DNA from: Vicugna vicugna
Taxonomy: Eukaryota
Reading direction: 5' to 3'
Assembly: GCA_013265495.1 (NCBI GenBank)
Contig: MU057632.1
Location: forward strand, 976,054-1,040,053
Length of the DNA: 64,000 nucleotides
The translations under genes were made by a program, and so were the position numbers. Below the pieces are notes generated by a model. That model did not search any database. It saw nothing but the letters and a program-made list of their open reading frames with translations, and was not told where the DNA came from. Shown here one piece after another: positions 1 to 11,611 of this stretch (position 1 is the first letter of the stretch; every line of letters begins with the position of its first letter).

Positions 1-629
1 CTCCTACAAATTAAGAGACTGCAGAGAAGTGCCGACATTGACTTTCATGTTGCTGGCCTGGGATTTCCTAGAGGGCAGGAGTCTTTGTGAGCTCTTGTCC
101 TGGTTTCCCACAGTGGGTGCTCCTTAAGTGAATAAATAATGGATGGATGTTGTTCTCCCCACCATGCAAACTTCCTTCCCAACTCAGCTGATAGTTGCTC
201 GTGCTGGAATCCTCACCTAGAGCCTCTGCGTTCTTAGCACTGTCTATTCAAATTACACCCAATCTTCAAGGCTCTGTTCAGAGCCCACTTCCTTCCTGAA
301 ATCATCACCAATGCCATGCTCTTTGAATGACTATGGAATGTCAGTCCACACGTCACTCCTTCTGTGTTTCATGTGTTTATGTTCATTATTTGCAAAAGTT
401 CCTTTGTCTCCCTTTGAATCCACAACATGGATTCCCTTTGTATTTTCCACAATTATAGATAGAATGTTTGGCAAATCCATCAATGCACAAGAAATTTCAA
501 AATGTGTGCATGACATCAGGGAGTTACTCCCTAGGAAGCTGTTAACAGGGATCGTACACGTCATTGAACCTCAATTCCCTTCTGATCCGCGAATCCCATC
601 GACAACGTGCTGACTCAGTGTTCCCCAGG

Positions 630-1320
630 TTCTGTCCACACCTTCCAGGGAGATCAAGGGATTACCATCTGAGACATATAATCTCATATTTGAAGAACAA
701 CTGGTGTATATTTATATTGAGCCTAATATGCCTGCACCCGGCACTTGGACACCTGCCTTTAGCCCTGTGGCTCACACAGAATAAACCTAATCCTTTTCGC
801 ACGTGATATCATCCTAATATTTGAAGAGTGCTATCTGTTATGTCCCCGCGGAGACTTCTGTTCCTCAGGCCACATCGTTTATCGTTCGGCATGACTCTGC
901 ATCCTTCCGCAACCTAGCAGTCCCCCTGAAGACACTTCTGTCTTCTACTCCAACCTGAAAGTAGGGTGCCCAGAGTGGAACCAACGGTTCAGGTGTGATG
1001 TTAGTGTTCCTTGCTTTATATGCTAAACTTCTATTCACAGGCCTGTGTCACGTTCGCTTTTTAGTGGTCATCCTCACACAATTGATGTCTATTTGAACTT
1101 ACTGTCCCCTCCAGCTCCGCTGTCATTTTTCCACGTCCAGAAGTTAAATTGCTCATAATGGTGTGGTTACTGAGGCCAACCCGGAGAACCTCACATCCTA
1201 CCTGCTCTATTTCATCTTGCTGCATTCGCCCCACACCTCCATGGCATCAAGAACCTTTTGTATTATAAATACCTCATGTAACTTACTGTTTCTCCCAGAT
1301 TCATATCTTGTGAAATATGT
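630..1320 (-). mobile_element. L3/CR1 LINE fragment (ancient, antisense)
   Basis: Colinear resemblance to the antisense L3 consensus: 'tatattgagcctaatatgcc...cacacagaataaacctaatcc...aatatttgaagagtgctatc...gggtgcccagagtggaacc...aggtgtg...acttctattcacaggcct...atttgaacttactgtc'. Boundaries approximate. Confidence 0.7.
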
Positions 1321-1342
1321 AATGAATATACTCTCCCCACAA

Positions 1343-1708
1343 CAAGTGTAGGCAAGTCTTTTCTGGGAAGGGCGAGATAGCAAATAGCTTCCGGCTTGCA
1401 GACCAAGCCGCCTCTGTCTTGATTATTCAGTGATGCTGTTGCAGTGAGAAAGTAGACACTGACAATCCAGAACAAATGAAGGCGACTGTGAGCCCACAAA
1501 ACTAGATGTTTACACATTGGAATCTCAATTTCATGTAAGTTTCACATGTTACATGTGCTAGAAAGTATTCATGTGTTACAGAATGCTATTTGCATTTTGA
1601 TTTTCTTCCATCTTTTAAAAACAGAAAGGCTATTTTTGCTTCACAAGCTGTACTAAAACGGGGCGGACGGGATTTGGCCCCCCCCCCCGCCTAGTTTGCT
1701 GACTCTTG
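1343..1708 (+). mobile_element. MER58B-like hAT-Charlie non-autonomous DNA transposon
   Basis: Starts 'caagtgtaggcaagtcttttctgggaagggcgagatagcaaatag' and ends 'gggatttggccc...tagtttgctgactcttg'. Both match the MER58 termini, and the length (~365 bp) fits MER58B. Confidence 0.8.
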
Positions 1709-2344
1709 ATCTAAATCATTACTGTAAATGATGTGAGCAGCAGAGCCTCTCTCAAGGCCCCACAGCAAGCACCGAGAAACCTCTCGCCACGCTGGTCCTT
1801 CACAACAAGGGCTCAGCTACGAAACGGATTCAAGAATCGCTAGAAATACAAAAGCCGAGGTGCACACCCCAGAAGCTGGCTCAGCGGTTCAGGAGAGAGG
1901 CTGAGGAACGCCTGTGTCCTGAAAATGCCCCCTGGATGTTTCTTACTTACAGCAACAATTCTCTACCTGGATTCTGTTGCTGTTAACAAGAGTTTTTACA
2001 TTTCTCTGGAAGAGTACCTCTATTGTTTTTTGTTTTTTTTTTTTTTTACCAAAGTACTGAGAGTAAAATGCTCAGCAAGACAGGCAGAGGCCCTACCATT
2101 ATAGACTTCATTACAGAGGTCCGTTTCATGGAAGCCATACAGTGACGCTCCCCTAGCTGACTGAAAGTTCCTTAGGGCTGATACCACTGTCTCATTTATA
2201 ATCCCAGACCACTGAGTGCTAACGAACAAAACGGTATTAAAAATAATTCCTAAGCTTTTGCATTTTACCTTTTTCAAAATGGCAGGCTTCAACCTATTTG
2301 ATTTAAAAAAAAATCCAGGAATTGTGCGTATAAATTTTTATACA

Positions 2345-2435
2345 CTACGTTGTTCATCATTATATTCTCAGTGCTTAACACCGTGCCTGACATATAGGGG
2401 GTGTTGACGTATGTGGATTGAATAATGAATCAATG
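2345..2435 (+). mobile_element. L2 3' end
   Basis: 'tgttcatcattatattctcagtgcttaacaccgtgcctgacatatagg...tgaataatgaat' is a typical L2 3' terminus. Confidence 0.7.
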
Positions 2436-4479
2436 TAGAAGAATTATATGAAAGTTGCTAAGGAGAAAATGGGAAGGTATGATAAACAAAAGGAATATGT
2501 TGAAATCAACTTATACTGAAACTTTAGAAATAACTGTAGAAAACAGAATTAAGGTGTAATACGTATTGTCCCAGGAGCAACAATTAGTAGAGATACACTC
2601 AGTACCACGTCTACCCCCACCCCCCGCCATCATGTTCCCGATACACACAAAGGAACCAAATTAAACCAACCACAGATCGAAAAAAAAAAAAGCAAGAATG
2701 CTTGGATGGTGAAGAATGCTTGGACGCTCTCCTGGTCTAAGATAAACTTTTCAACCCCCTGCTTTGGTCTGCTAGTGAGAAACGGAAATCACGTGACCAG
2801 CCCCAGGCTCAAAGAGACTGAGAGGATGAGCAAGAGCGCATACTCCCTCTGGAGCCTCAGGGAGAGTGAAGGTTCTGAGCAGCAATCATGGGGTGCAGAC
2901 TGCGGGTGGGCGTGTGCTCAGGAAATAAAGATTGCTTTGCATATTCAAAAGAAACAGAAACAACTGCGACCTTTTGAAAAATCCTGAGAAACATATATTT
3001 TTTTGTTTTACCTTCGCCCCAGCACTAACCCGCAAAATTACAGCTTCCTCAAATCATTTCAATCTGATTTTTTTTTTCACAAACACTTCTGAGTCCGTCC
3101 TTAGAGGCTTAACAGATCGGTAGAGACCTCAGTCAGAGGACCGGGCCAGCGAGCTCTGTGTTGGGAGCCGCCTGAGTGTTCAGACAGCCAGCCATCCCCC
3201 TCTGCACTGCTTTCACTCAGCGGGAGCTGCTGCCAGTCCAGATTTCCCCACCACAGCATCCCTAACAGCAGCAAGGCACCCAGGTGCAGCTGGCATCTCT
3301 TACAGCCTTCAAATCAGCAGCAGGGAAAATTAGGTGCAGCCTCCCGCTTCTCCCTCGGCACAGGGCGAAGTCCCTGATCCCCAGCATGGCAACAGGCTAA
3401 TCACAGCCTGAGCATCACAGCCACTGTTGCCTTGCACAGTGCTTCATTAGCTGCTCTGTTCCCGGACACCCGCCGTCCCTGCAGCCTGGACCACTCTCTT
3501 CACCTATCATCAGTTCTGGCCTTCCCTCCTCCACTCACTTCTGCTCATTTCCTCTCAGCACTCCCATCGGCACCTAGGACTTCATAAGCTGCCCGTCGGT
3601 TTCTCTTTTCTTGTTCATCATTGATGACATTGCTGCACACCCAGCCACCTCCCTTCAATATTTCCCTTCCTTCAGACGGTTTCTCTCTCCTTTACTGCCC
3701 ACCCCGCACCCCTTACTTCTGCTAGCTTCATTGCTATCTGCTTTCTCTCCCACGCTAGTCTTCTGCCTTTGAGGACAATTCAGCAGACCCACAAACAGTG
3801 CGTAAGAATGCAGGAAAGACATTATCTAGTGCTTAATTGGGGCGGATTGCTATGACTGAGCAAAGCTGTTCCCAGTCGGCTATCATCACCACCGCCCATA
3901 CTGTATAGGACGAAAATTAGTTTGAAAAAATTTAAAACCTACCAACAAAGGTTGAAAGACAAGGAAAAGAATTGAAGCTGGTTTCTGGGCAGCGATCTGG
4001 GAGGCAGATGGAGTGCACGACAGTAACGCTTGGTGGTAAAACACATCTGGATCTGGACTGTTAGATGCCGTGGGTCAAAAAATGGTGCAGGTCCTCTGGG
4101 ATGGTTTGCCTTCTCCCAGGCATGAACACCATGCAGTGAACCAAGACCAGGCACTTACTCAGAAGTGACACTAACCAAGTCAACTCTGCTGTCAGCAGAG
4201 TGGTGACTTCCTACTGCACGGCCACTGGACACAGAAACAAGAGTTTGGGTCAACTCTGAACGTCTACTTATTGCATCATTCCGGCAAGTTATCAACATAG
4301 CCCTGACAGCCCATCTGAGAAATGAGAACACTGACCTAACAGATTTTATGAGGAATATGTAAATAAGTGTAAGTAAAAGGGCAGAGCCCACATTTATGGG
4401 GCATATAACAGGAGCTGACTTCTCTCATGTGTCTCATTAGGAAAGGATATAGGGAGACAACTAATATTTGTGCTTTCTC

Positions 4480-5500
4480 CTCATTAATTCATTTTTCAGC
4501 AAAGCTATATTGAAAATCTACCATGTGCCCAATCTGTTGTGGGCAGAGGAAATACAGTGCTGAGTAATACAAGTGCCTGGACTCCACGGTTTACATTCTG
4601 GCCAGGGGAGAACGCATACCTGGCTAAACAGATCACATGATAAACAACATGGGCTGTGGTTGCAGAGCAGGAGGTTAGAGAGTGACCAGGAAGGTCGCAG
4701 GGATATTTTAGATAAATTACCCTAAAAACGCTTGACCCAGCCCCGCTCCTGAGAAAATGCATTTGAACAAAGACGCAAATAAGGGGAGGAAGCAAAGCAT
4801 GCAAATATCTAAGGAGACGCCTCTGGACAGAAGGAACAGAGGCTCCGAGGCAGGGATGAGCTTGATGGGACTGAGAAGCAGCAAGAAGGCCAGTGGGGAA
4901 GATGCGCTCGAGCCAGGGGGATGAAGATGAAGGCACGTCCAAGACCAGTGGCTGTGGGGGCCTATGGTCCATGATAAGTTGCATGGGTTTTTATTCTGAG
5001 TGGGATGGAAAGTGACCGGGATGCTTTAAGCAGAGGAGAGGCATGTTCTATTTTAAAGATTTACAGACTCACCCTGTCTGCTTTTGGGAGGAAAGTGATC
5101 TGTGTAGGGTCAAGAGTAGGGGCAGGAAGCCCTGTTAGGAAGTTACTGCAATTGCTCTAGTGAAGAGGAGGATGGCTCGGACAGGGATACGAGCGAGGAA
5201 GGTGTTGAAAATGGTCAGATTCAGGGCATAATTTGAAGGTAGAGCTCACAGAATTTACCAGTGGATGGGCTGCAAGGTGTGAATGAAAGAACATTCAAGA
5301 GTGAGTCCTAAATGTATGACCCAAGGAACTGGATAAATTACAGAGCCTGGAAAGTCAGGAAGGAGCTAATCTGAGGCAGAAACCTCAGCGTTAACGTCTA
5401 GATCGTGGTTACTTAGAGACATCTGAGTGAAAATACTGAATAAGCAATTATACAAGAGTTTCTCCACCTCAGGAAAGTGGTTTAGGGTAGAGATACAAAT
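4480..5500 (-). mobile_element. L2 (L2a-like) LINE, ~1 kb 3' portion
   Basis: Begins with the antisense L2 tail 'cattaattcatttttcagcaaa...ctaccatgtgcc'. Continues with 'ttttattctgagtgggatggaaag', 'ttttaaagattt...actcaccctgtctgc' and 'tttgaaggtagagctcacagaattt'. Confidence 0.8.
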
Positions 5501-5504
5501 ACAC

Positions 5505-5602
5505 AGCCTCGTTTCGTGCTCATACAATTCTGAGATGTAGGAACTACTATTACCTCATTTTATAGAACAGAAAACAGCCTTGCAGAAACCACGTAATTTG
5601 CT
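5505..5602 (-). mobile_element. MIR fragment
   Basis: Antisense MIR core 'tattacctcattttatagaacagaaaacagcc...gtaatttgc'. Confidence 0.65.
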
Positions 5603-6324
5603 TCTGAGAGTAAAGATTACAACTGAAAACAGAAGAAAGGATCTAAATCGTTTATAAATAGCTGGGCTCATAGCTGGGCTGGTGGAGGGGATAAATCTAA
5701 GCACAGTTAATAGAAAAAAAATCTGAAAATGCGTGATTTTGAAATAAATGTGGTTACTGGCAGAGATTTGAGTAGAGCATTAATCATAATATCGAATGAC
5801 TTCAAAAAGATGGCTCTAGGTTTACAGTCAGTGAAATGCAAGGAGATAGTTCATTAAGCCACAGATACGGAGGAGGCCCAATTTGCCAAGTATGTACCTG
5901 GAAAGCAATGAATAAAATTAAAGAAGCCAAATATTTTTATCTTGGCTCACTACCGACTGAAGAGCGAACATGGAAATCTATAAATATTTAAGAAGATAAT
6001 GATGAATCTTTTATCACACTTGTGAGTCTCTAAACGGCACCTAAACATCCAAGGAAGGAGGCTGTCTAAACCCTTAGTGTAATTTGAATTCCTCATGGTC
6101 TTGACTTGCATATCTATAACCGCCCTTGAGAATGTGTTGAATCACACAGAAAATTCACTTCTTCCCGGATAATCTTGGAGTGTTCCCAGGACAACATAAA
6201 CTCAGCTGCATTATCAGGATCCAACAAGCCCTTTCCTCAGCTTCTAATTCTATTGTTTCTCTCTCGACACTGATTTTGATTCATTTTGGGTAAGTGATTA
6301 TTTGGCAACTGCTATACCCACAGC

Positions 6325-6585
6325 ATGTCCGGCTAAAAGCATCGTTTCTAGACAACCTGGACTTGAACCTCAGCCCCACCACTGGCCAGGTATGTGGTCA
6401 AAGGCAAGACGTACAAGCTCTCTGTGCTTTACAAAAACTGTCACCTGTAAAATGGAGGTAATAATCGTCTCTTCCTTGTAGAGCGACTATGAAGATTAAA
6501 TGAGATGATACAGGCAAAATCTTTGATGAAGTACTTGGCTTAGGGGAAGGAATCAGTTAGTTTGCCTTTACTGTTATTATTACTA
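6325..6585 (+). mobile_element. MIR SINE, near full length
   Basis: 'acctggacttgaacctcagccccaccact...ctgtaaaatggaggtaataat...tatgaagattaaatgagatgata...tattattact'. Confidence 0.8.
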
Positions 6586-8394
6586 TTGCTTTTACATGCA
6601 CTTTGAATTCCTTAGCTTTTTTCCCTCCAGGAGAGGAAGACACAACTGACAAAAAATAAGCATGCCAAGAAAGTAACACTGCCGACCACAGCCACATCTT
6701 TAAAAAGTTAATATTTAAATGGATTTGTTGTTTTAGAAATCTCTTGGAATTCCGGTTAGAAGGACCAGGCAGAGTTATTCTTTCATAGACAGAAAGGAAA
6801 GAAGGAGGGGGAAAAGTGGCAGCTTCAGCCAGAAGGGCCCGGGGACAGCGGACTGCGGAGGCGACTCTGAAAGGCATCACGAGGCCCCAGAGCCAGAACC
6901 GGAGATGGAGACGAGATGAGCAAGACGAGCCAAAGCGGCAGCCCTAGGAACTGTCTCAGCGAAGGTCAGCGTTAGGAGAGGAGATGATGGAGGGCAAGTC
7001 CTTTGAAAAATGTCCTTTAAAATTATGTTCAGTTCTCTGCATTAATAAAGTTACCCTTGTGTGAAAATGTAAAAAAATAAAAAAGTGGGATATTATGATC
7101 CAATATTGCATAAAATAATTCCTTTGGCCAGTTTACCGGTAATCGTAGGTACAGATGAGAGGCCAGGCTTGGTGAGAGTGTGGTACCCACCGCAGCACCC
7201 CTATCAGCATCGTCTGGAGGAAGGTCTGCTCAGCTCTCTGTCTCTCTCTCGTCCGTGTGAATTCACAGAAGACTTCCCTGAACCTTTTCACTGGGGTGCG
7301 CTGTCTAATCACAGACGGTGGATAACTGATTAGAGCAGCATAATTCACATGAACAACATTTTAAACAGACTTTCAAATAAACACTCCATGCCCTCTCGCT
7401 CTTATATACCAAACATGAATAACACTGTTTATGTTCTTAGAGAAGTGACTGTGGTCTCAGATGACATTCACCATGCCTGCGCTCCAGCAAACACATGTCT
7501 CCAGAAGGCATCCACTGGGACGAACAGCAAGACAAGGCAGGCACTGAACGTCCAAACCAGATCCCAGACTCAAATCCATCATTTTAACCTTCTTTCAAAC
7601 AGAACCTCACACCTGCATTTATATCAGAGGCTCGTGGGTGGTCGGTCCTTCAGGGCCCAGTCTACCACGGTCACGTCTTAAACCCAGTCACAGATGCTGA
7701 AAATAATTTTTTTTAAACTTCATCATAATAGAGATAAATACAATTAAAGTCTGGCTTTTTTATTTGCCAGATAAAGCCCAGTGAGGTTAAATGGCTTGAA
7801 CAACGTGACCGAGCTGTGATGGGAACCACATTATCACAGGCTGCATTCAGAGTAAACTCACCTCCTTCCCTTCATGTCAAACTTTGCCTCTCGCTCTCTT
7901 TCTTTCGCTCTCTCTGTCTCTCTCCCCCTGCCTCCCCTCCCTCTCCCTCTTTCTTTTAGCTAATTTCCCAACCTCTTCCCAGGCCCCTTGCACCATTCCA
8001 TGGCTGTAGTGGTAACAAGTCAAGTGTCTTGGGAGCCCTTCCTATCTTACAGGTTCCTGAATGCGGCAGGGTTGGGTGGGGGCAGGCGGAGAACACTTAA
8101 CCCTGAAACAAAGTGTGACATGGACCATCACAAGGAAACACAGGACCCCAGTGGAGTTAACAAGCAAGAGGGACCCTGAAGGAAAGGAAGTGGCGTCTCC
8201 TGGGAGGAAATGCCACAGAGGCATCTGCCAAATGGATGAAGAGCAAAAAAGAAAAGCTAGGAGAAGAGAATGAGAAAGAGCATCCTGGGAACAGGGAATA
8301 GCCTTGTGGTGGCCAAGATGTGTGACAGGCCTGAGAGCAGAAAGAAACTCTGGGTGGCTGACCTGGAGCCCAAGAGGGGCAGAGGCAGCTGGAG

Positions 8395-8588
8395 GTGAGT
8401 TTTGCCTGAGGATGAAATCATTCTTGGAGTTTCACCCATATCTGATTTAGGTGAGATTCAAGTGAGATTTTGGATGTAGAGTTGACACTGGGAAGGATTA
8501 AGATTTTGCAGGCTACTGGGATGGAGTAAATGTGTTTTGCACGGGAGAAGGACATGAATTCGGGGTGGGGGAGGACAGAAGGACAGAG
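8395..8588 (+). mobile_element. MaLR (MLT1) internal-region 3' end with polypurine tract
   Basis: 'agttttgcctgaggatgaa...cacccatatctgatttag...gtgttttgcacgggagaaggacatgaattcggggtggggg' resembles the MLT1-int 3' end and directly abuts the LTR's TG at 8589. Confidence 0.7.
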
Positions 8589-9003
8589 TGCAATGGGCTG
8601 AATTATGTCCCCTCAAATATTCATGTGTGGAAGTTCTAACTCCTGGTACCTCTGAATGTGGTCATATGTGGAGATGGAGTCTTTACAGAGGTGATTGAGT
8701 TAAAATGCGGCCATGGGGGGAGCCCTAATACAACACGACTTATAAGAAGAGGACATGTGGACACAGACAAGTAACGGAGGGAAGACCATGTGAAGGTTCA
8801 GGGAGAAGGCGGCCGTTTCCTACAAGCCGTGGAAGAAGCCTGGCACAGACCGTGCTCTCACCGCCCTTGGAGGGACCCAAGCCCGCCAAGTCTTTGAGCC
8901 GTTACTGTGATCCCAGCCTCCAGGGCTGAGAAAACACATTTTTGCTGTTCAAGGCACCCGGCTTGTAGTACTTTGTTATGGGAGCTCCAGGAAGCGGAAA
9001 TGG
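8589..9003 (+). mobile_element. MLT1B-like MaLR LTR
   Basis: 'tgcaatgggctgaattatgtcccc...ggtacctctgaatgtg...tttacagaggtgattgagttaaaatg...ttataagaagaggaca...gttcaaggcacccggcttgtagtactttgttatgg'. Confidence 0.8.
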
Positions 9004-9372
9004 ATTTTAGTTTTTACAGAGAAAGCCAGTACAAATTAAGAGCTAGATGAGCTTTGAGAAGCAGGCAATGGTGAATCGTTACAAAGCACATGATGAAATG
9101 TGGGTCTTGACCCAGAGTCACTCACATTGGAGCAGACACCACAGTGGATGCAAGGTCCCTGCACAGAGTCCCTGCACCTGGTGCGCAATGAGCACTTCCT
9201 GCCTCGTGGGGCCTTTGGGTTTGCTGCTTCCCTGGTCTGCTTCTCACCAGCAGACAACGTCCATCAGTTCCTGAAGGTATGCCCAAAGTCCACTCCGGTT
9301 AACACCTGCTATTTGTTCTTAACTTCCTTTGTGTGTTCTTAGCACAGATTAGGTGATGTGACCTTTCTCATA

Positions 9373-9714
9373 TTGTCTTGGGTTTTGTCACACATACTGA
9401 TGGTGTCTGTCCGAGTTTCCTCCTTCCTGCTTCAGCGGGGGCTGTGTTCTCCAAGCCCCAGCACTTGCATTCTTTGCCTGAGGGCTTCCTCAGATACTGA
9501 AGCCTGCTTTGCCATAAGTGCAGAGCAGTCCTGGAGTCAGAGGGCATGAACGCGTCTTTCCTCATGCCTGAGGGCTGGGGGTTTGTAAACACAGACCCCC
9601 GCCTCCTCGTTCCATTTCGTGAGACAACTCTGAGGCTGTGTATTCACACTTATGGACAGTGTTTCTTTCCTACCATTAGGTTCAATTCACCATTGTCTTT
9701 CTTCTCTGACTTGC
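9373..9714 (+). mobile_element. LTR33-like ERVL LTR, 5' part (interrupted by MLT1C)
   Basis: 'cttgcattctttgcctgagggcttcctc' and 'gagacaactctgaggctgtgtattcacac' resemble LTR33 motifs. The 3' end resumes at 10171. Confidence 0.6.
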
Positions 9715-10170
9715 TGTTAAGAGTTGAGTTGTGTCTCCCAAGAGGATGCACTGGAGTCCTAATCCCAGGACCTCAGAATGTGACCTGATTTGGAAACAGC
9801 ACCTTTACAGAGGAATCAAGTTAAAATGAGGTCATTAGAGGAGGCCTTCACCCAATACGACTTATACAAAGGGGGAGATCTGGCCATAGAGACAGACCCT
9901 GTATGTAGGGAAGATGATGTGAAGACACAGGGGGAAGGTCATGTGAAGACAGAGGGTTGGAGAAACGTGTCTACAAGCCAAGGAACACGTGAAGCCACCT
10001 GAAGCGGAGAGAAAGACAAGGGAGAGTCCGCTCCTCGCACCTTCACACGGAGCACAGCCCTGCCAACACCTCAGTCCCTAACTCCTGCCCTCCAGAACTT
10101 ACGATAATGTGTTTCTTCTGCGTTAAGGCACCCAGGCTTTGGTGTTCTGTTCCAACCCAGGAGAGATGCA
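9715..10170 (+). mobile_element. MLT1C-like MaLR solo LTR
   Basis: TG...CA termini; 'tgttaagagttgagttgtgtctcccaa...ggacctcagaatgtgacctgatttggaaacag...gttaaaatgaggtcattag...ctacaagccaaggaaca...ggagcacagccctgccaacacct...gttaaggcacccagg'. Confidence 0.85.
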
Positions 10171-10265
10171 CCTGTCTTCTCCCTCCAACACACCTCTACC
10201 ACTGGTTCCTTTCCCCCCAAATCAACTACTTAAACTTGATCTTTTATCTCAGGGTCTGTGTAACA
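10171..10265 (+). mobile_element. LTR33-like ERVL LTR, 3' part
   Basis: 'ccccccaaatcaactacttaaacttgatcttttatctcagggtctg' resembles the LTR33/LTR16 3' end, with a decayed AATAAA. Confidence 0.6.
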
Positions 10266-10389
10266 AGGATGCATTTCCCTGAGATACTTTAGAAAAAAAT
10301 ATTGAACATTCTGCTAACTTTCTAGCCCTTCTGATATCTAGAAAATATTCTCCATGGAGTCAGTGCTTTAGAAAGGTTTAAAGAGGAGA

Positions 10390-10690
10390 AACAACCTGTG
10401 TCCACAGAAGAATGGATAAAGGAAATGTTAAATATATATATGTATGGCTCAGACATAAGAAAGAATGAAATTCCTCCATTTGTGACAGTGTGGATGGACC
10501 TCGAGGGCATCATGCTAAGTGTGATAAGTCAGATAGAGAAAGACAAATACTGTATGATCTCCTTGTTTGTAGAATCATAAAGGATCAAACTCACAGATAC
10601 AGAAAACAGACTGGTAGTTGCAGAGGTGAGGGGTGGGGGGGCAAAATGGGAAGGTGGAAATAAAGAACACACACAAAAAAAAAAGAAAGA
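10390..10690 (+). mobile_element. L1 3' fragment (ORF2 C-terminus and 3'UTR)
   Basis: ORF 10398-10580 reads 'STEEWIKEM...IRKNEIPPFVTVWMDLEGIMLSVISQIEKDKYCMISL', the L1 ORF2p C-terminus. An A-rich stretch follows. Confidence 0.9.
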
Positions 10691-11611
10691 AAAGGAAGAA
10701 GAGAAGTAAGTAGGAAAGAAATAAAGAGGAAAACAGGGAGGAAGTAATACAATAAAAGAGCTCTTAGTACCCAAGTCGTCTGTTCATGCGAACATGGAGA
10801 AATGAAAAAGATTATCTAACAACTCAAACTATTTGGAAAAGGTTGGATCATGCCACAGGGATAGAATCATTGTACTCAGTTATCTCATTACTTCTTATTT
10901 CTCTTTAATAAAATAGGAATTATTAATACATTAATAGGAAAAAACTAAGCCCTTGATTAAAAAATGTCTGGGCATTTTCAAAGAGCCTTATTAGATGTTG
11001 CATAAGTTTAAATGCTATTGACCGCAGGCAATTCTCACTGCAGAGGTCCACAGAGAGACTGAAAGGGCCACCGTAAAACGCTGAATGTCCACCCTGATTC
11101 AAGGTCAAACAGAAGTCATCCCTACAGCTTTGCCGATAGCCGGGCTGAACGACCCTACTCAGGCCACTGCAATGACCGTACTTAACGACAAGGCAACCGT
11201 TTCTGCCTTTAAAAACAGTTAAAGGTTCCCTCTAGGGGGAAGATAAAAATGTTACTGTGTTGCAAATTTTTTCCAGAATGATTTGTAGCCGATTTTAAAT
11301 ATTAAAAGGAAAACACTTGTACTTGAAATTTATGAAGGTCCACGTGGCCTGGCATCGACAGCGCTTCATTCTGCCATCAACTGCTCTCTCTGAGATGCCA
11401 GGCTGGGAGGAGACCTCGAGGAAGCCCTGGGACTGAAGGTGGCCTCCACACACTCCTTCCTCCACCCCTACTGCACGCTCCCCAAACAAGGAAGGGGAGT
11501 CGGGAGTGCTCAGGACCCAGGCTTTGGAAAGGAAGAGAAGTGAGTGAGAAGAGGACCAGAAGTCAGGAAGCTGAGAAGTGAGAAAAGGCGAATGGCTGGC
11601 AGCTAAGTGGG

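Noticed and set aside
2694..2724. 13-bp direct repeat aagaatgcttgga, twice; also the 8-mer repeat at 32237-32266
   Set aside because: Ordinary slippage micro-duplications with no further structure.
4505..4984. Longest ORF in the track (159 aa)
   Set aside because: Lies wholly inside a decayed L2; no recognisable protein.
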